Below, in pieces: positions 45,431-56,273 of a stretch of DNA of 64,000 bases. The position numbers and the translations under genes were made by a program. Location: positions 4,320 to 68,319 of the forward strand of contig CAYZGX010000004.1 in the NCBI GenBank assembly GCA_964478235.1. Direction: 5' to 3'. How positions within the stretch are numbered: the stretch's first letter is position 1; each line of letters begins with the position of its first letter. The DNA comes from an uncultured Gammaproteobacteria bacterium. GTDB lineage: Bacteria; Patescibacteriota; Patescibacteriia; Magasanikbacterales; GWA2-37-8. The notes under the pieces were generated by a model that did no database searches, was not told the origin of the DNA, and saw only the letters and a list, made by a program, of their open reading frames with translations.

Positions 45431-45871
45431 ATGACAATCGAGACTCCCCCACCAGAATCATTTGGATTTGATGGTGGAATGGACGATGCCGGACATGCTC
45501 CGTATATCGACAAGCTTTTGCGCGAAACCCTCACTGAAGTGGTACTATTATATGCCAAAGAGGAACGGGTGACACCCGAGTATGCCGATCGTGTGCGCCT
45601 GGAGTTTTTGCGCTTTCTGTCATTAGCTCGTTTTGACGACGGCCTCCTGTTGCCGCCCACTCCAGTGGAACGTTTCTGGAAACTGTTCGTCACAGCAATG
45701 CCTGCTCGCTATCAGGAGCTCAGCCAGACGCACTTTTTTGGGAGTACCCCTCCCTACCCGGTGCCTCAGGGTAGCCGTCCAGAATTGCTCAAACGCACCA
45801 AGCACACCCTTTGCAAGTACTACAAGCAGTACGACGCCGACATCTGGGGAATGACCGATGAGACCGATTAG
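45431..45871 (+). CDS. hypothetical protein (GC-rich islet 5b)
   Basis: The start was chosen at MTIETPP, with GAGGA 8 nt upstream. The ORF track begins at 45359. No recognisable domain. Confidence 0.5.
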   Translation: MTIETPPPESFGFDGGMDDAGHAPYIDKLLRETLTEVVLLYAKEERVTPEYADRVRLEFLRFLSLARFDDGLLLPPTPVERFWKLFVTAMPARYQELSQTHFFGSTPPYPVPQGSRPELLKRTKHTLCKYYKQYDADIWGMTDETD

Positions 45872-45973
45872 CGCGACGAGGCGAAGGAGAGCTCGATTAC
45901 TACCACCCCGGCGACGCGGATGTAAGTATATTCCTACTTCATCCGCGTCCGCCCCCAACCCTACTACCAATTC

Positions 45974-46005
45974 AAAAACCTGTACGAAATTCGTACAGGT
46001 TTTTT
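45974..46005. terminator. bidirectional intrinsic terminator (A5-cctgtacgaa-a-ttcgtacagg-T6), near-identical core to 32102-32136
   Basis: Lies between the convergent islet 5b ORF and groEL. Shares the core aaaacctgtac...gtacaggtttttt. Confidence 0.7.
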
Positions 46006-46033
46006 ATATGACTACTAAGGGTGTTCAACTCGT

Positions 46034-47964
<1,931 letters not shown>

Positions 47965-48000
47965 ACTTTAGAAAAAATTTATCTTTTTTTAAACTGGATT

Positions 48001-48027
48001 TTATCACTCAGTAAATGTGAGTGATAA
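48001..48027. promoter_or_regulatory. CIRCE-like HrcA operator (TTATCACTC-N9-GAGTGATAA)
   Basis: A 9-bp inverted repeat with a 9-nt spacer, one mismatch per arm versus the TTAGCACTC-N9-GAGTGCTAA consensus. Lies 36 nt upstream of groES. Confidence 0.7.
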
Positions 48028-48106
48028 ATCCTCGTGTAAGTCATCTTAGTATATACAAAACACTCCGTCAAGGAGTGCTCTGTTGGTAAGATGTGGATAA
48101 GCCGAA

Positions 48107-49390
48107 CTATTCTTTTTTGGCTATACTTAGAGAAAAAATAACCGCGCTCATTATAGCTCCCGACCCCAAGGTCCACCAAAAATGTTCGGTCATATATCCG
48201 GCCAAAACAACTACTATACAGGCTAGCCCGAGCGGATTGTGGTGGGCAACTACACGGATCAACCCTCCCAAACCAACCAGTACAAGCCCCACGAGCGCCA
48301 GACCACCCTCAACGGCCAACAGGGCCAGTGTGTTGTGAACAGGCTGAGAAGTGCTCAGGCTCCCCGTTCGTTCAAAGGCGAGCCGTGTGGAGGCTCCAGG
48401 GCCCACTCCAAGGGCAGGGGCGGAAGTAAACATCTCCCAAGCCTTAGCGTACTGCGACGTTCGCTCTACGAACGATCTATTTTCTAAGCGCCCTGTGCCG
48501 GTGAGACGAGTGACAACGAGCGGCCATACGAACATACTGCCGAGAACAATTATTACCCCGACACATGCGAGTTGACGATAGTAGCGTTGCGTCGTGAGCT
48601 GATCTTTTTTCTGATACACACCCACTCCGAGCGCCCCCAAAGCAAGTAGCGCCGCCGCCCAAGCTGAACGAGCAAATGACACCAGAAGACCAAGTGTTAC
48701 AACAGCTTGTCCTAGCACAATCCATTTTTCGTATTTTTTTGAATCAAACACAACGATGATAAGTGCACCAACAACCAAGGCTCCAGCGAGAAAACTTCCA
48801 AGCTGGGCAGGTGAACCAAAACTACCATACGCCCGGAGCCAACGCTCCCCACCAACTTCAATCACAAACATCCCGAGCCGACTCGCTTCTTGCGGAGCTA
48901 TACCCGACCAGGCCCACGAAAAAACTTTTTGCACTCCAAATTGCACGAGCGCGAGAATACCCTGTCCCACCCCACTTAGCCAAAAAACTCCAAGGAACAT
49001 GTCTGGACGACGGCGCACCTCTGTAGCAAGAATGAGTAGTAAACAAAAAGATTCAAGTAGACGAAACAGATAAACCCAGGCGAGTTGTCTATCTTGACTC
49101 GCCCAGAGCACCGCTGAAAGAACTACTACTATAGCGCTTACCACGACTAACCGATGCCGGCGTTTGATAGGCAAAAAAAGTGACGGTTCCGCAACGTGTC
49201 TTGTTTTTACTAATTGAAAAAAATACAGATAAAAAAGCACCCACGCAAGCACCTCAACAGCGTACAAACTATGTGTCGTATATTCCCAAGATACTCCCCC
49301 GAGCATTGTTGGCTCAACAATATACCGTGCTTGCCATGGCACTAACAAAACAATACTGAGCGATAGGAAGGTTATCAGGCGTGAGAGCAT
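48107..49390 (-). CDS. O-antigen ligase (Wzy_C) family polytopic membrane protein
   Basis: At least 10 TM helices and a periplasmic loop with the ...HNTLALLAVEGGLAL... motif. Confidence 0.6.
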   Translation of the reverse strand: MLSRLITFLSLSIVLLVPWQARYIVEPTMLGGVSWEYTTHSLYAVEVLAWVLFYLYFFQLVKTRHVAEPSLFLPIKRRHRLVVVSAIVVVLSAVLWASQDRQLAWVYLFRLLESFCLLLILATEVRRRPDMFLGVFWLSGVGQGILALVQFGVQKVFSWAWSGIAPQEASRLGMFVIEVGGERWLRAYGSFGSPAQLGSFLAGALVVGALIIVVFDSKKYEKWIVLGQAVVTLGLLVSFARSAWAAALLALGALGVGVYQKKDQLTTQRYYRQLACVGVIIVLGSMFVWPLVVTRLTGTGRLENRSFVERTSQYAKAWEMFTSAPALGVGPGASTRLAFERTGSLSTSQPVHNTLALLAVEGGLALVGLVLVGLGGLIRVVAHHNPLGLACIVVVLAGYMTEHFWWTLGSGAIMSAVIFSLSIAKKE

Positions 49391-49400
49391 AAACAGGCTA

Positions 49401-50339
49401 TTATAGTCCGAGTGAGCGACATTTTTCTATCCAAGCAGCGTACACACTCGCCCGAGAATCTGCTTCGTGTAGTTTTACCACTCCGTCTCGCAAGACAACG
49501 GCGTTGTCTGGTTTGTTAGCTCGTTCTTTGACCGAAAACTTCATTTTTAATTCTTGAATAGCTTTCATTTGCCCTTCAACTAACGCTCCGTATGCGCCTC
49601 GCCAAGAAATTTCAAAAAACCGCTTAACCACCTTGCTCAAACGCCCCAACTGAAAGATTGGCGGAATGCTCGTTATTTTTCGGTGCGGAATGAGATGGTG
49701 CGTCCAACGATTGGCTCGAAGCAATTTTTCATACCAATTATCTGGGTCATACACGGGCACCATTTGGTGGATAAAATAAGCTCCATGAATATCTTCGGGG
49801 ACAGCGCGTAGAGGCGCCAGATCTAAATTATCGGTATCAATAAAATACGACAAACACAGTCGGTCGGCTTCGTGGTCGCCATACGTGCGCGATCCGGTGA
49901 GGCGTAAAATGCTATTCGCAATGAGGCGGACAATCCACAGTCGTTTTTTCTCGGTAATAATCATCACATCAATATCACTCTCTCGGACAGCGGTTTCACG
50001 CCCAACAGAATTACAGACGAGCACTGCTTTGAGAAATGGTATCCAGGCGAGAAAACGAACTAGTTTTTTTGCTTGGTACAATTTAGCATCGCTCCACACT
50101 ACTCGAGAACGTCTTTTTTCCACCAACGCTTCTTGGCCAACCAAAAAATAATAGCCAAATTTAACACCCACTCTCCCCTGCCCCACTAAGCTATTCAGTG
50201 TATCAAAAATATCTTCGGGCAAAGCTTTGTCGAGCTCCACTAGATACAAAAAAACTTCTTCTTTGGTGAGCGGAAAATCGCTCAAGTCAAAATAAGCGAG
50301 AGTGCGAAGAATGGCCGATTCAAGCGTAGCATTAGTCAT
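49401..50339 (-). CDS. nucleotidyltransferase-domain protein (Pol-beta superfamily)
   Basis: NSVGRETAVRESDIDVMII fits the GS...D.D minimal NTase motif. Confidence 0.5.
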   Translation of the reverse strand: MTNATLESAILRTLAYFDLSDFPLTKEEVFLYLVELDKALPEDIFDTLNSLVGQGRVGVKFGYYFLVGQEALVEKRRSRVVWSDAKLYQAKKLVRFLAWIPFLKAVLVCNSVGRETAVRESDIDVMIITEKKRLWIVRLIANSILRLTGSRTYGDHEADRLCLSYFIDTDNLDLAPLRAVPEDIHGAYFIHQMVPVYDPDNWYEKLLRANRWTHHLIPHRKITSIPPIFQLGRLSKVVKRFFEISWRGAYGALVEGQMKAIQELKMKFSVKERANKPDNAVVLRDGVVKLHEADSRASVYAAWIEKCRSLGL

Positions 50340-50414
50340 ATGGCACTAGTATACTAGACTCCCCCTAAAACGCAAAAACCTCCCGAGCGGGAGGTTGTCT
50401 GCTAGCTTGTGTCT

Positions 50415-51182
50415 TTAAGAAACAATCTTTCCTTCAATCACGTCTGGTTTGTTATTTTTTGTATCGTCACTTTTTGGAGTCGCGCGATTCATAAACAACT
50501 GTTGAGCTACCATAAGCCCGGTACTAAGGAACCAATACAATGTGAGACCGGCTGGGAAACGAATACCAATAATCGCGGTCAAAATCGGCATGAAGTACAA
50601 CATCTGTTTGTTCATCATTGCAGCCATTGATTCGTCTTTGGCGCCATCGCCAGCATTTTTTGGTGGTTGTTGACGCACCAAACTCTTGGCCTGAGCCCAC
50701 TGAGCGAGACCAGCCAAAATAGCGAGAACAATACTTGGCTTGGCCAAATCAAGACCACCAAAAGTTACTGTGTTGAGGGTGCCTGGATTTAAGACAAAGG
50801 TGTAGAGATCACCAGCAAAACTATGCGCTGGATTCACCGCATCGCGAAGCACAAAGAAAAGTGCGAAGAGAATTGGTAATTGTACGAGCATCGGCAAACA
50901 GGAAGCGAGCGGATTTACTTTGTGCTCTTTATAAAGAGCCATGGTTGCTTCAGCTTGCTTTTGACGATCATTCGGATATTCCTTTTTGAGCGCTTCAAGC
51001 TTTGGTTGAATTTCTTGCATCGAGCGCTGCGCTTTGATAGAAGCGGCGGTGAGCGGATAGAGCACCAAACGAACAAGGACAGTGAGGGTGAAGATCACCA
51101 ACCCAAAATCATGCGCTGGCATCACATTGTAGAGCCAGATAAACAAGTTGAGAATCGGCTGGTAGAGAATGGTGTGAAACAT
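50415..51182 (-). CDS. yidC: membrane protein insertase YidC/Oxa1 (short Gram-positive type)
   Basis: 255 aa, 5 TM helices, a conserved GCLPMLVQLPILFALF region, and a basic C-terminal tail. Confidence 0.85.
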   Translation of the reverse strand: MFHTILYQPILNLFIWLYNVMPAHDFGLVIFTLTVLVRLVLYPLTAASIKAQRSMQEIQPKLEALKKEYPNDRQKQAEATMALYKEHKVNPLASCLPMLVQLPILFALFFVLRDAVNPAHSFAGDLYTFVLNPGTLNTVTFGGLDLAKPSIVLAILAGLAQWAQAKSLVRQQPPKNAGDGAKDESMAAMMNKQMLYFMPILTAIIGIRFPAGLTLYWFLSTGLMVAQQLFMNRATPKSDDTKNNKPDVIEGKIVS

Positions 51183-51191
51183 AATACTTTT

Positions 51192-52409
51192 TTAACCTGC
51201 ACTTTCAGGATCAACAGCATCCTCAGAAGTAACTTCTTCTGAATCAACCGGCTTTTTTTCTTCGCCAGCTGGTTTGCCGTCTTCAATAACATTAATTTTC
51301 CAACCGGTGAGCTCAGAAGCGAGGCGAACATTTTGACCACCGCGACCGATAGCGATAGAAAATTGTTCTGGAGCAACAGTCACGTCGGCTACTTTTTCAG
51401 CTTCTTTTAATTCTACACGAACAACTTTGGCTGGAGAAAGCGCGTGGGTAATATACTGTTCAGCATTTTCGTTATATTGGATAACATCGATTTTTTCGCC
51501 ACCCAATTCTTCAATGATTGTATTAATACGGCTACCGCGCTGACCGATACAAGAGCCGATTGGATCAATAGAAGGATCAGCGGTTACCACTGCCACTTTG
51601 GAGCGGAAGCCACCGTCGCGGGCAATACCTTTGATTTCAATAACACCGTCAGCGATTTCTGGAATTTCTTGGCGGAAAATTTCACGCACCATTCCCGGAG
51701 CGGAGCGGGACAAAATAATTTCTGGTCCACGAGCAGTCATCTCTACGCGAGAGACAAAAAATTTCATTCGAGCACCTGGGCGATAATGTTCGCCATTGAT
51801 CATATGGTCAGCTGGCATTACACCAGTGATTTTACCTAAATCAACCAACACCTTGCGGCCTTCAACACGTTGAATGGTGCCGACGATAATTTGATTTTCT
51901 TGATTTTTGAAATCACCAAACACCATAGTGCGTTCTGCTTCGCGCACTTTTTGGATGATGACTTGCTTAGCAGTCATCGCAGCCATACGACCAAAGTCGT
52001 GTGGAATTTCCAAAGCGATTTCGAGCGTTTCGCCAACTTTCGCACTCTTCTTCACTTCTTTAGCGGCCGAAAGCATGAGTTCCATCTTTGGATTGAAGCG
52101 TGGTAAATCGGCTGTTTCTTCGTCGGTCAATTCACGATTTTCTTCGCGAGCTTTTTCACGACGAGCGGTCAATTCTTCTTGGGCTTTTTCCAAGACATCT
52201 TCGGCAATATCTTCGACAACAACCTTAATATCCCAAGCTTTCATGTCGCCGGTGTTTGGATCAAATTTAACTTTAATATTTTGCTGTTTGTTACCAAAAT
52301 CTTTACGATAGGCGGCGGCGAGCGCTGCTTCAATCGTCTCCATAACTGCTTCGTACGACAAGTTTTTTTCGTCGCAGAGCGCTTGGATGGCTTTTGTGAT
52401 TTCTGACAT
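51192..52409 (-). CDS. nusA: transcription termination/antitermination factor NusA
   Basis: An N-terminal domain, an S1 domain and two KH domains (IGRGGQNVRLAS). Confidence 0.92.
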   Translation of the reverse strand: MSEITKAIQALCDEKNLSYEAVMETIEAALAAAYRKDFGNKQQNIKVKFDPNTGDMKAWDIKVVVEDIAEDVLEKAQEELTARREKAREENRELTDEETADLPRFNPKMELMLSAAKEVKKSAKVGETLEIALEIPHDFGRMAAMTAKQVIIQKVREAERTMVFGDFKNQENQIIVGTIQRVEGRKVLVDLGKITGVMPADHMINGEHYRPGARMKFFVSRVEMTARGPEIILSRSAPGMVREIFRQEIPEIADGVIEIKGIARDGGFRSKVAVVTADPSIDPIGSCIGQRGSRINTIIEELGGEKIDVIQYNENAEQYITHALSPAKVVRVELKEAEKVADVTVAPEQFSIAIGRGGQNVRLASELTGWKINVIEDGKPAGEEKKPVDSEEVTSEDAVDPESAG

Positions 52410-52509
52410 AGACTATGCTAAAAATGAATGAGGATAAAAAAAGAGCGACTTTCTTTAAAGTCACCCTTACTGTCAACAGTATACCACGAAGCGCTTCGCC
52501 TGTCAAACC

Positions 52510-53298
52510 CTAATTTGAGGCTAACTGGTTAGGCTTTGGAAGGGGTTTGGTGGGGGTTTTACCGGTAATAACCACCCTATCTCCCACGTCTAAAAAGGCG
52601 TACATTTTCTCTACATCTTTATAGGAAATATTCACGCAACCGTGGCTCATCGGGCGAATACCAAACTGATTGTGCCAATAGGCGCCGTGAAGATAGAAGC
52701 TTCGCTTAAACTCCAAATTCCACTTGGTGTTCGGCAGGTTATACCCCGGACCAACATAGTGATGTACTGGCAATTTACGTATGATTTCAAATTCTCCCGT
52801 TGGGGTTGGGGTAGCTAATTTTCCACTCGAAACTGGAACAGTGGCGATTTGTACTCCACCTAAAAAATAGGCTAGCTGCTGTGTACTCAAATCTACTTCG
52901 ACATGGCGTTCCAAACTGCGATCACGATCGCCTTTGAGCGGGTTAAAGCCATTTTTTACCTCAGCTCCATCAAGAAAGCTGTCGTCGTCAGTGTCGGTAT
53001 CCAAAAGATCGGTGTGGAGTTCGATTTCTAATTCATCGGATAACCCATCTTTGTCGGAATCAACTTCAGACATTTTTTTCATATTAGGAAAGCGTGGTGA
53101 ATAGCCGGTGTCCACTTCTTTGCCGTCAGAAAAACTATCACTATCCGAGTCGTTGTTGTTTGGATCAGTGTGATACACCAATGTTTCTAGATCATCTGAC
53201 AAACCATCACTGTCAAAATCAACCGACGAGATAGCCTGAACAACTCCACCATTGAGGAGGAGAGCAAAAAAGAAAATAAGGCCGATAGATTTGGTCAT
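52510..53298 (-). CDS. L,D-transpeptidase (YkuD) with N-terminal thrombospondin-type-3-like acidic repeats
   Basis: DSDGLSDDLE / DSDSDSFSDGKE / DSDKDGLSDELE repeats, then the catalytic HGCVNI motif. Confidence 0.7.
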   Translation of the reverse strand: MTKSIGLIFFFALLLNGGVVQAISSVDFDSDGLSDDLETLVYHTDPNNNDSDSDSFSDGKEVDTGYSPRFPNMKKMSEVDSDKDGLSDELEIELHTDLLDTDTDDDSFLDGAEVKNGFNPLKGDRDRSLERHVEVDLSTQQLAYFLGGVQIATVPVSSGKLATPTPTGEFEIIRKLPVHHYVGPGYNLPNTKWNLEFKRSFYLHGAYWHNQFGIRPMSHGCVNISYKDVEKMYAFLDVGDRVVITGKTPTKPLPKPNQLASN

Positions 53299-54140
53299 GG
53301 CAGTAGTATAGCACCTCCCTCGTCTGTCCGTAAAATAGCTATCCCCCATTTTTCTAGCCGCCGAATCACTCGAAGCGACGGGTGGCCATAACGATTTTTC
53401 TTACCTGATGAGATTATAGCTGTGGTCGGACCGACCGCCCGAAGAAAATCTTCACCACTCGAACTATTGCTTCCATGATGACCGACTTTGAGCGTGCTCG
53501 CCCCAAGCGCCAAACAACGCCATTTTTTAGTCGGACAATATTTTTTGAGCAAAGCCTGTTCAAGTGGAATTTCTGCGTCCCCTGTAAATAAGAACGAGTC
53601 ATTTTGGTGTTCAAGACGAAAAACAATAGAAAAATTATTACTGTCGTCACTCGGTAGTGTCATCAACAAACTGCTGTCTGGAGAGAAAAAATACAGGCGA
53701 CTATCGCCTATCCTCCACCGAGCTGGTGCTGTGAGTTTTTTTATTTTTTGACCTTCATTAGCAATGCTTTCTTCAAACGCCTGCCAAGCTGGATCACCCG
53801 GCTTTGTGCGACCGTTGGTAAAAACCCGTCTTACATCGTAGCGATTCAACACTTCGGCACAACCACCATAGTGATCGAGATCGGGGTGCGTGACGATGAG
53901 ATAGTCAATAGTGCGAACATACGCTGGCAGAGCTTGTCCAATTTCGCTTAACACTTTTTTATTCGGCCCGCAATCAATGAGCGTGGTTTCGCTGGTTTCA
54001 AATTGAATAAGCGAGCTATCCCCTTGCCCAACATTCAAAAACCACACCCGAAAGGTGTGGCGCTTGGTTTCTGACCAATAATAATACAAGACAGCGAGCA
54101 GGCTGAGTGTGGCGACAGTGAAAAATAGTCTTTTTTTCAT
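53295..54140 (-). CDS. ComEC/Rec2-related metallo-beta-lactamase-fold protein (stand-alone)
   Basis: N-terminal TM helix and HxHxDH motif (IVTHPDLDHYGG). Confidence 0.7.
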   Translation of the reverse strand: MKKRLFFTVATLSLLAVLYYYWSETKRHTFRVWFLNVGQGDSSLIQFETSETTLIDCGPNKKVLSEIGQALPAYVRTIDYLIVTHPDLDHYGGCAEVLNRYDVRRVFTNGRTKPGDPAWQAFEESIANEGQKIKKLTAPARWRIGDSRLYFFSPDSSLLMTLPSDDSNNFSIVFRLEHQNDSFLFTGDAEIPLEQALLKKYCPTKKWRCLALGASTLKVGHHGSNSSSGEDFLRAVGPTTAIISSGKKNRYGHPSLRVIRRLEKWGIAILRTDEGGAILLP

Positions 54141-54164
54141 AGTGCTGACGAGTCAGCACCCCCA

Positions 54165-54776
54165 TTATTTTTGCGCAACGATAATTTGGTTGACCCACAC
54201 ACCACCCTCTGCCACTCGCACATCCTCAACAATCGTATAAGCGAGCTCTTCCAATATTTCTCGGATTTTTTCCGGTCGATGATAATACGACTCGATCACA
54301 ATATCTCCTTCTGAAGTCGCGACTACTGGCGGATCTTTTTGATTAATATTAGTTACCACCAATCGCCCACCATCTTTGAGGACAGCGTACGCTTCGTCAA
54401 AAAACCGGCTTGGGTCTTTGAGGTGAACAATCATAAAGGCCGAGATAACGATATCAAACTCCGTATCAAGAAAAGATAAAGCCTCGGCGTCACCAACTAC
54501 TGTAGTAATTTTTGGATTTTTCTTTGTGACTATCTTTAACATCTCTTCGGAGACATCAAGCGCGGTAACAACAGCTCCTAGCTTGGCGAGCTGCGTTGCC
54601 AGTCGCCCGGTGCCAGCGCCGACATCTAAAATCGTTTTACCGAGAATATCACCAAGCAGTGGTAGCAGGCGGTTTTTTTCAAAACTGTTGAGGTATTTTT
54701 CTTTGGAATCATACTCTGAGGCTGCGAGATCGTAGCCTTTAGCTGAATCATAAACTTTTATTTTTCCTTTGGACAT
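54165..54776 (-). CDS. class I SAM-dependent methyltransferase
   Basis: Motif I ILDVGAGTGRLA and motif post-I VTALDVSEEM. Confidence 0.75.
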   Translation of the reverse strand: MSKGKIKVYDSAKGYDLAASEYDSKEKYLNSFEKNRLLPLLGDILGKTILDVGAGTGRLATQLAKLGAVVTALDVSEEMLKIVTKKNPKITTVVGDAEALSFLDTEFDIVISAFMIVHLKDPSRFFDEAYAVLKDGGRLVVTNINQKDPPVVATSEGDIVIESYYHRPEKIREILEELAYTIVEDVRVAEGGVWVNQIIVAQK

Positions 54777-56268
54777 ACCAGATAAGCGCTATATAACAAA
54801 GGAGCATTGCCCACCACGGAATGGTGAGGGGTATAGTGCTCCAGGGCAAGCCACCAAAAAAGGTAGCTAAACGTATGACATACTGTAGCCCAAAACCGGT
54901 GAGGAACGCAACCGCCTGCCCCAGAGGAAAGGAAACAGCACTCGCTAAGATCGAAACAAAACTCGCGAGCATTATCCATGGAATAATCGGCACAACTATC
55001 AGGTTGGCTGGCAGAGCGACGAGCGAAACGGCGCCAAACTGAAATAACATAAGCGGCAATGTGGTAACAAGCGCCGAAAGCGTAACAGCGAATGATTCGT
55101 GAATAGCCTTTATCAAAGCGCTTGGTGAAATTAGATTTATTTTCTGATTAATCAAGGGCGAAATATAGACCAAACCAATGGTGGCTAAAAAAGACAACTG
55201 GAAACCTGCATCATAGAGAAGAATAAGCGGATTTTCTAAAAGCATAACTGACGCTGTAACTACCAAGACCGTTCCTATTGATAATGGACGCCCTAAACGC
55301 TCTCCAAGAATAACTATCGTACCCATGATCGCCGCGCGCACTGCCGAAGCGGATAGTCCAACCAAAACGACAAACAACCAAACGCTGACTACCACCACCC
55401 AAAAAGCTTGCCGCCGCCATAATCCAGCACGGATACCAATAGTCATAAGAATACTGGCAATAATCGTAATATTAAAACCAGATACCGCAATAATATGGGT
55501 AATGCCGGTGGCGCTAAAGGCCTCTTTGAGTTCGGGCGGAAGCCCACTTCTGCTCCCATAGAGGATACCGGCGACCAAACTACTATCTGGCTCCGCCCAA
55601 AGCCGACCGACTTGCCTATCAAGCGCGGATTTTAATTGCAGAATACTACCAAGCGCTTTTTGAAAAAGTGTTTTTTCTTTGGGAACAACTCCTTGAATCA
55701 CTGGTTTTTGACACAGCGACGAGACACCTTCTTTGGCCAAGTATTTATCATAACGAAACGTACTGTCTTCGCTGGCTGCCGGGGCTTCGAGCCGACAAAG
55801 CGCCCGCACCGTCTCGCCATAGTCATAGCGCGGATAGGCGCCATACGACACTAGCACCAAACCTCGCACTTCCCCGCCCCCGAGACTATTTACCTCAACA
55901 ACATAATTGGTTTTATCTACCCGTCTGTCTGGTTCGCGAGTAATTGTTCCGACGATTTCGACCAGGTTTCCATTATAAAAACAAACTGCGCTGGGCGATG
56001 TGCAATCTGCCCCAGCAACCATCACTCGCCACACTCCTAAAATCAAAAAACAACTGGCCAAAATCACCAATCTTGTTTCGTGCTGTCGCCAAAAAATCAA
56101 GGCGAATACCAAAAGTATCCAGAGCATCAAACCGACAATAATCGCTTGGGCCGGTTGTGTATTCACAAGTGAAGCGCTCCCCACTCCAGCGATAAACAAA
56201 AAACAAAACGCCAGAAGCGTTCTGTTTTTGGAGATACAAATAAATTGTACCCCCTCCTTGATTGTCAT
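54748..56268 (-). CDS. comEC: ComEC/Rec2 competence membrane channel (DUF4131 plus Competence domains, no lactamase domain)
   Basis: 506 aa, polytopic, with ...ATGITHIIAVSGFNITII... typical of the ComEC competence domain. Confidence 0.75.
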   Translation of the reverse strand: MTIKEGVQFICISKNRTLLAFCFLFIAGVGSASLVNTQPAQAIIVGLMLWILLVFALIFWRQHETRLVILASCFLILGVWRVMVAGADCTSPSAVCFYNGNLVEIVGTITREPDRRVDKTNYVVEVNSLGGGEVRGLVLVSYGAYPRYDYGETVRALCRLEAPAASEDSTFRYDKYLAKEGVSSLCQKPVIQGVVPKEKTLFQKALGSILQLKSALDRQVGRLWAEPDSSLVAGILYGSRSGLPPELKEAFSATGITHIIAVSGFNITIIASILMTIGIRAGLWRRQAFWVVVVSVWLFVVLVGLSASAVRAAIMGTIVILGERLGRPLSIGTVLVVTASVMLLENPLILLYDAGFQLSFLATIGLVYISPLINQKINLISPSALIKAIHESFAVTLSALVTTLPLMLFQFGAVSLVALPANLIVVPIIPWIMLASFVSILASAVSFPLGQAVAFLTGFGLQYVIRLATFFGGLPWSTIPLTIPWWAMLLCYIALIWYVQRKNKSL

Positions 56269-56273
56269 ACTAA

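Noticed and set aside
48060-48090. Second CIRCE-like half-palindrome cactcc-gtcaa-ggagtg near groES
   Set aside because: It has a 5-nt spacer and 6-bp arms, too short and too divergent from TTAGCACTC-N9-GAGTGCTAA. It is likely a fortuitous hairpin or part of the groES 5' UTR.
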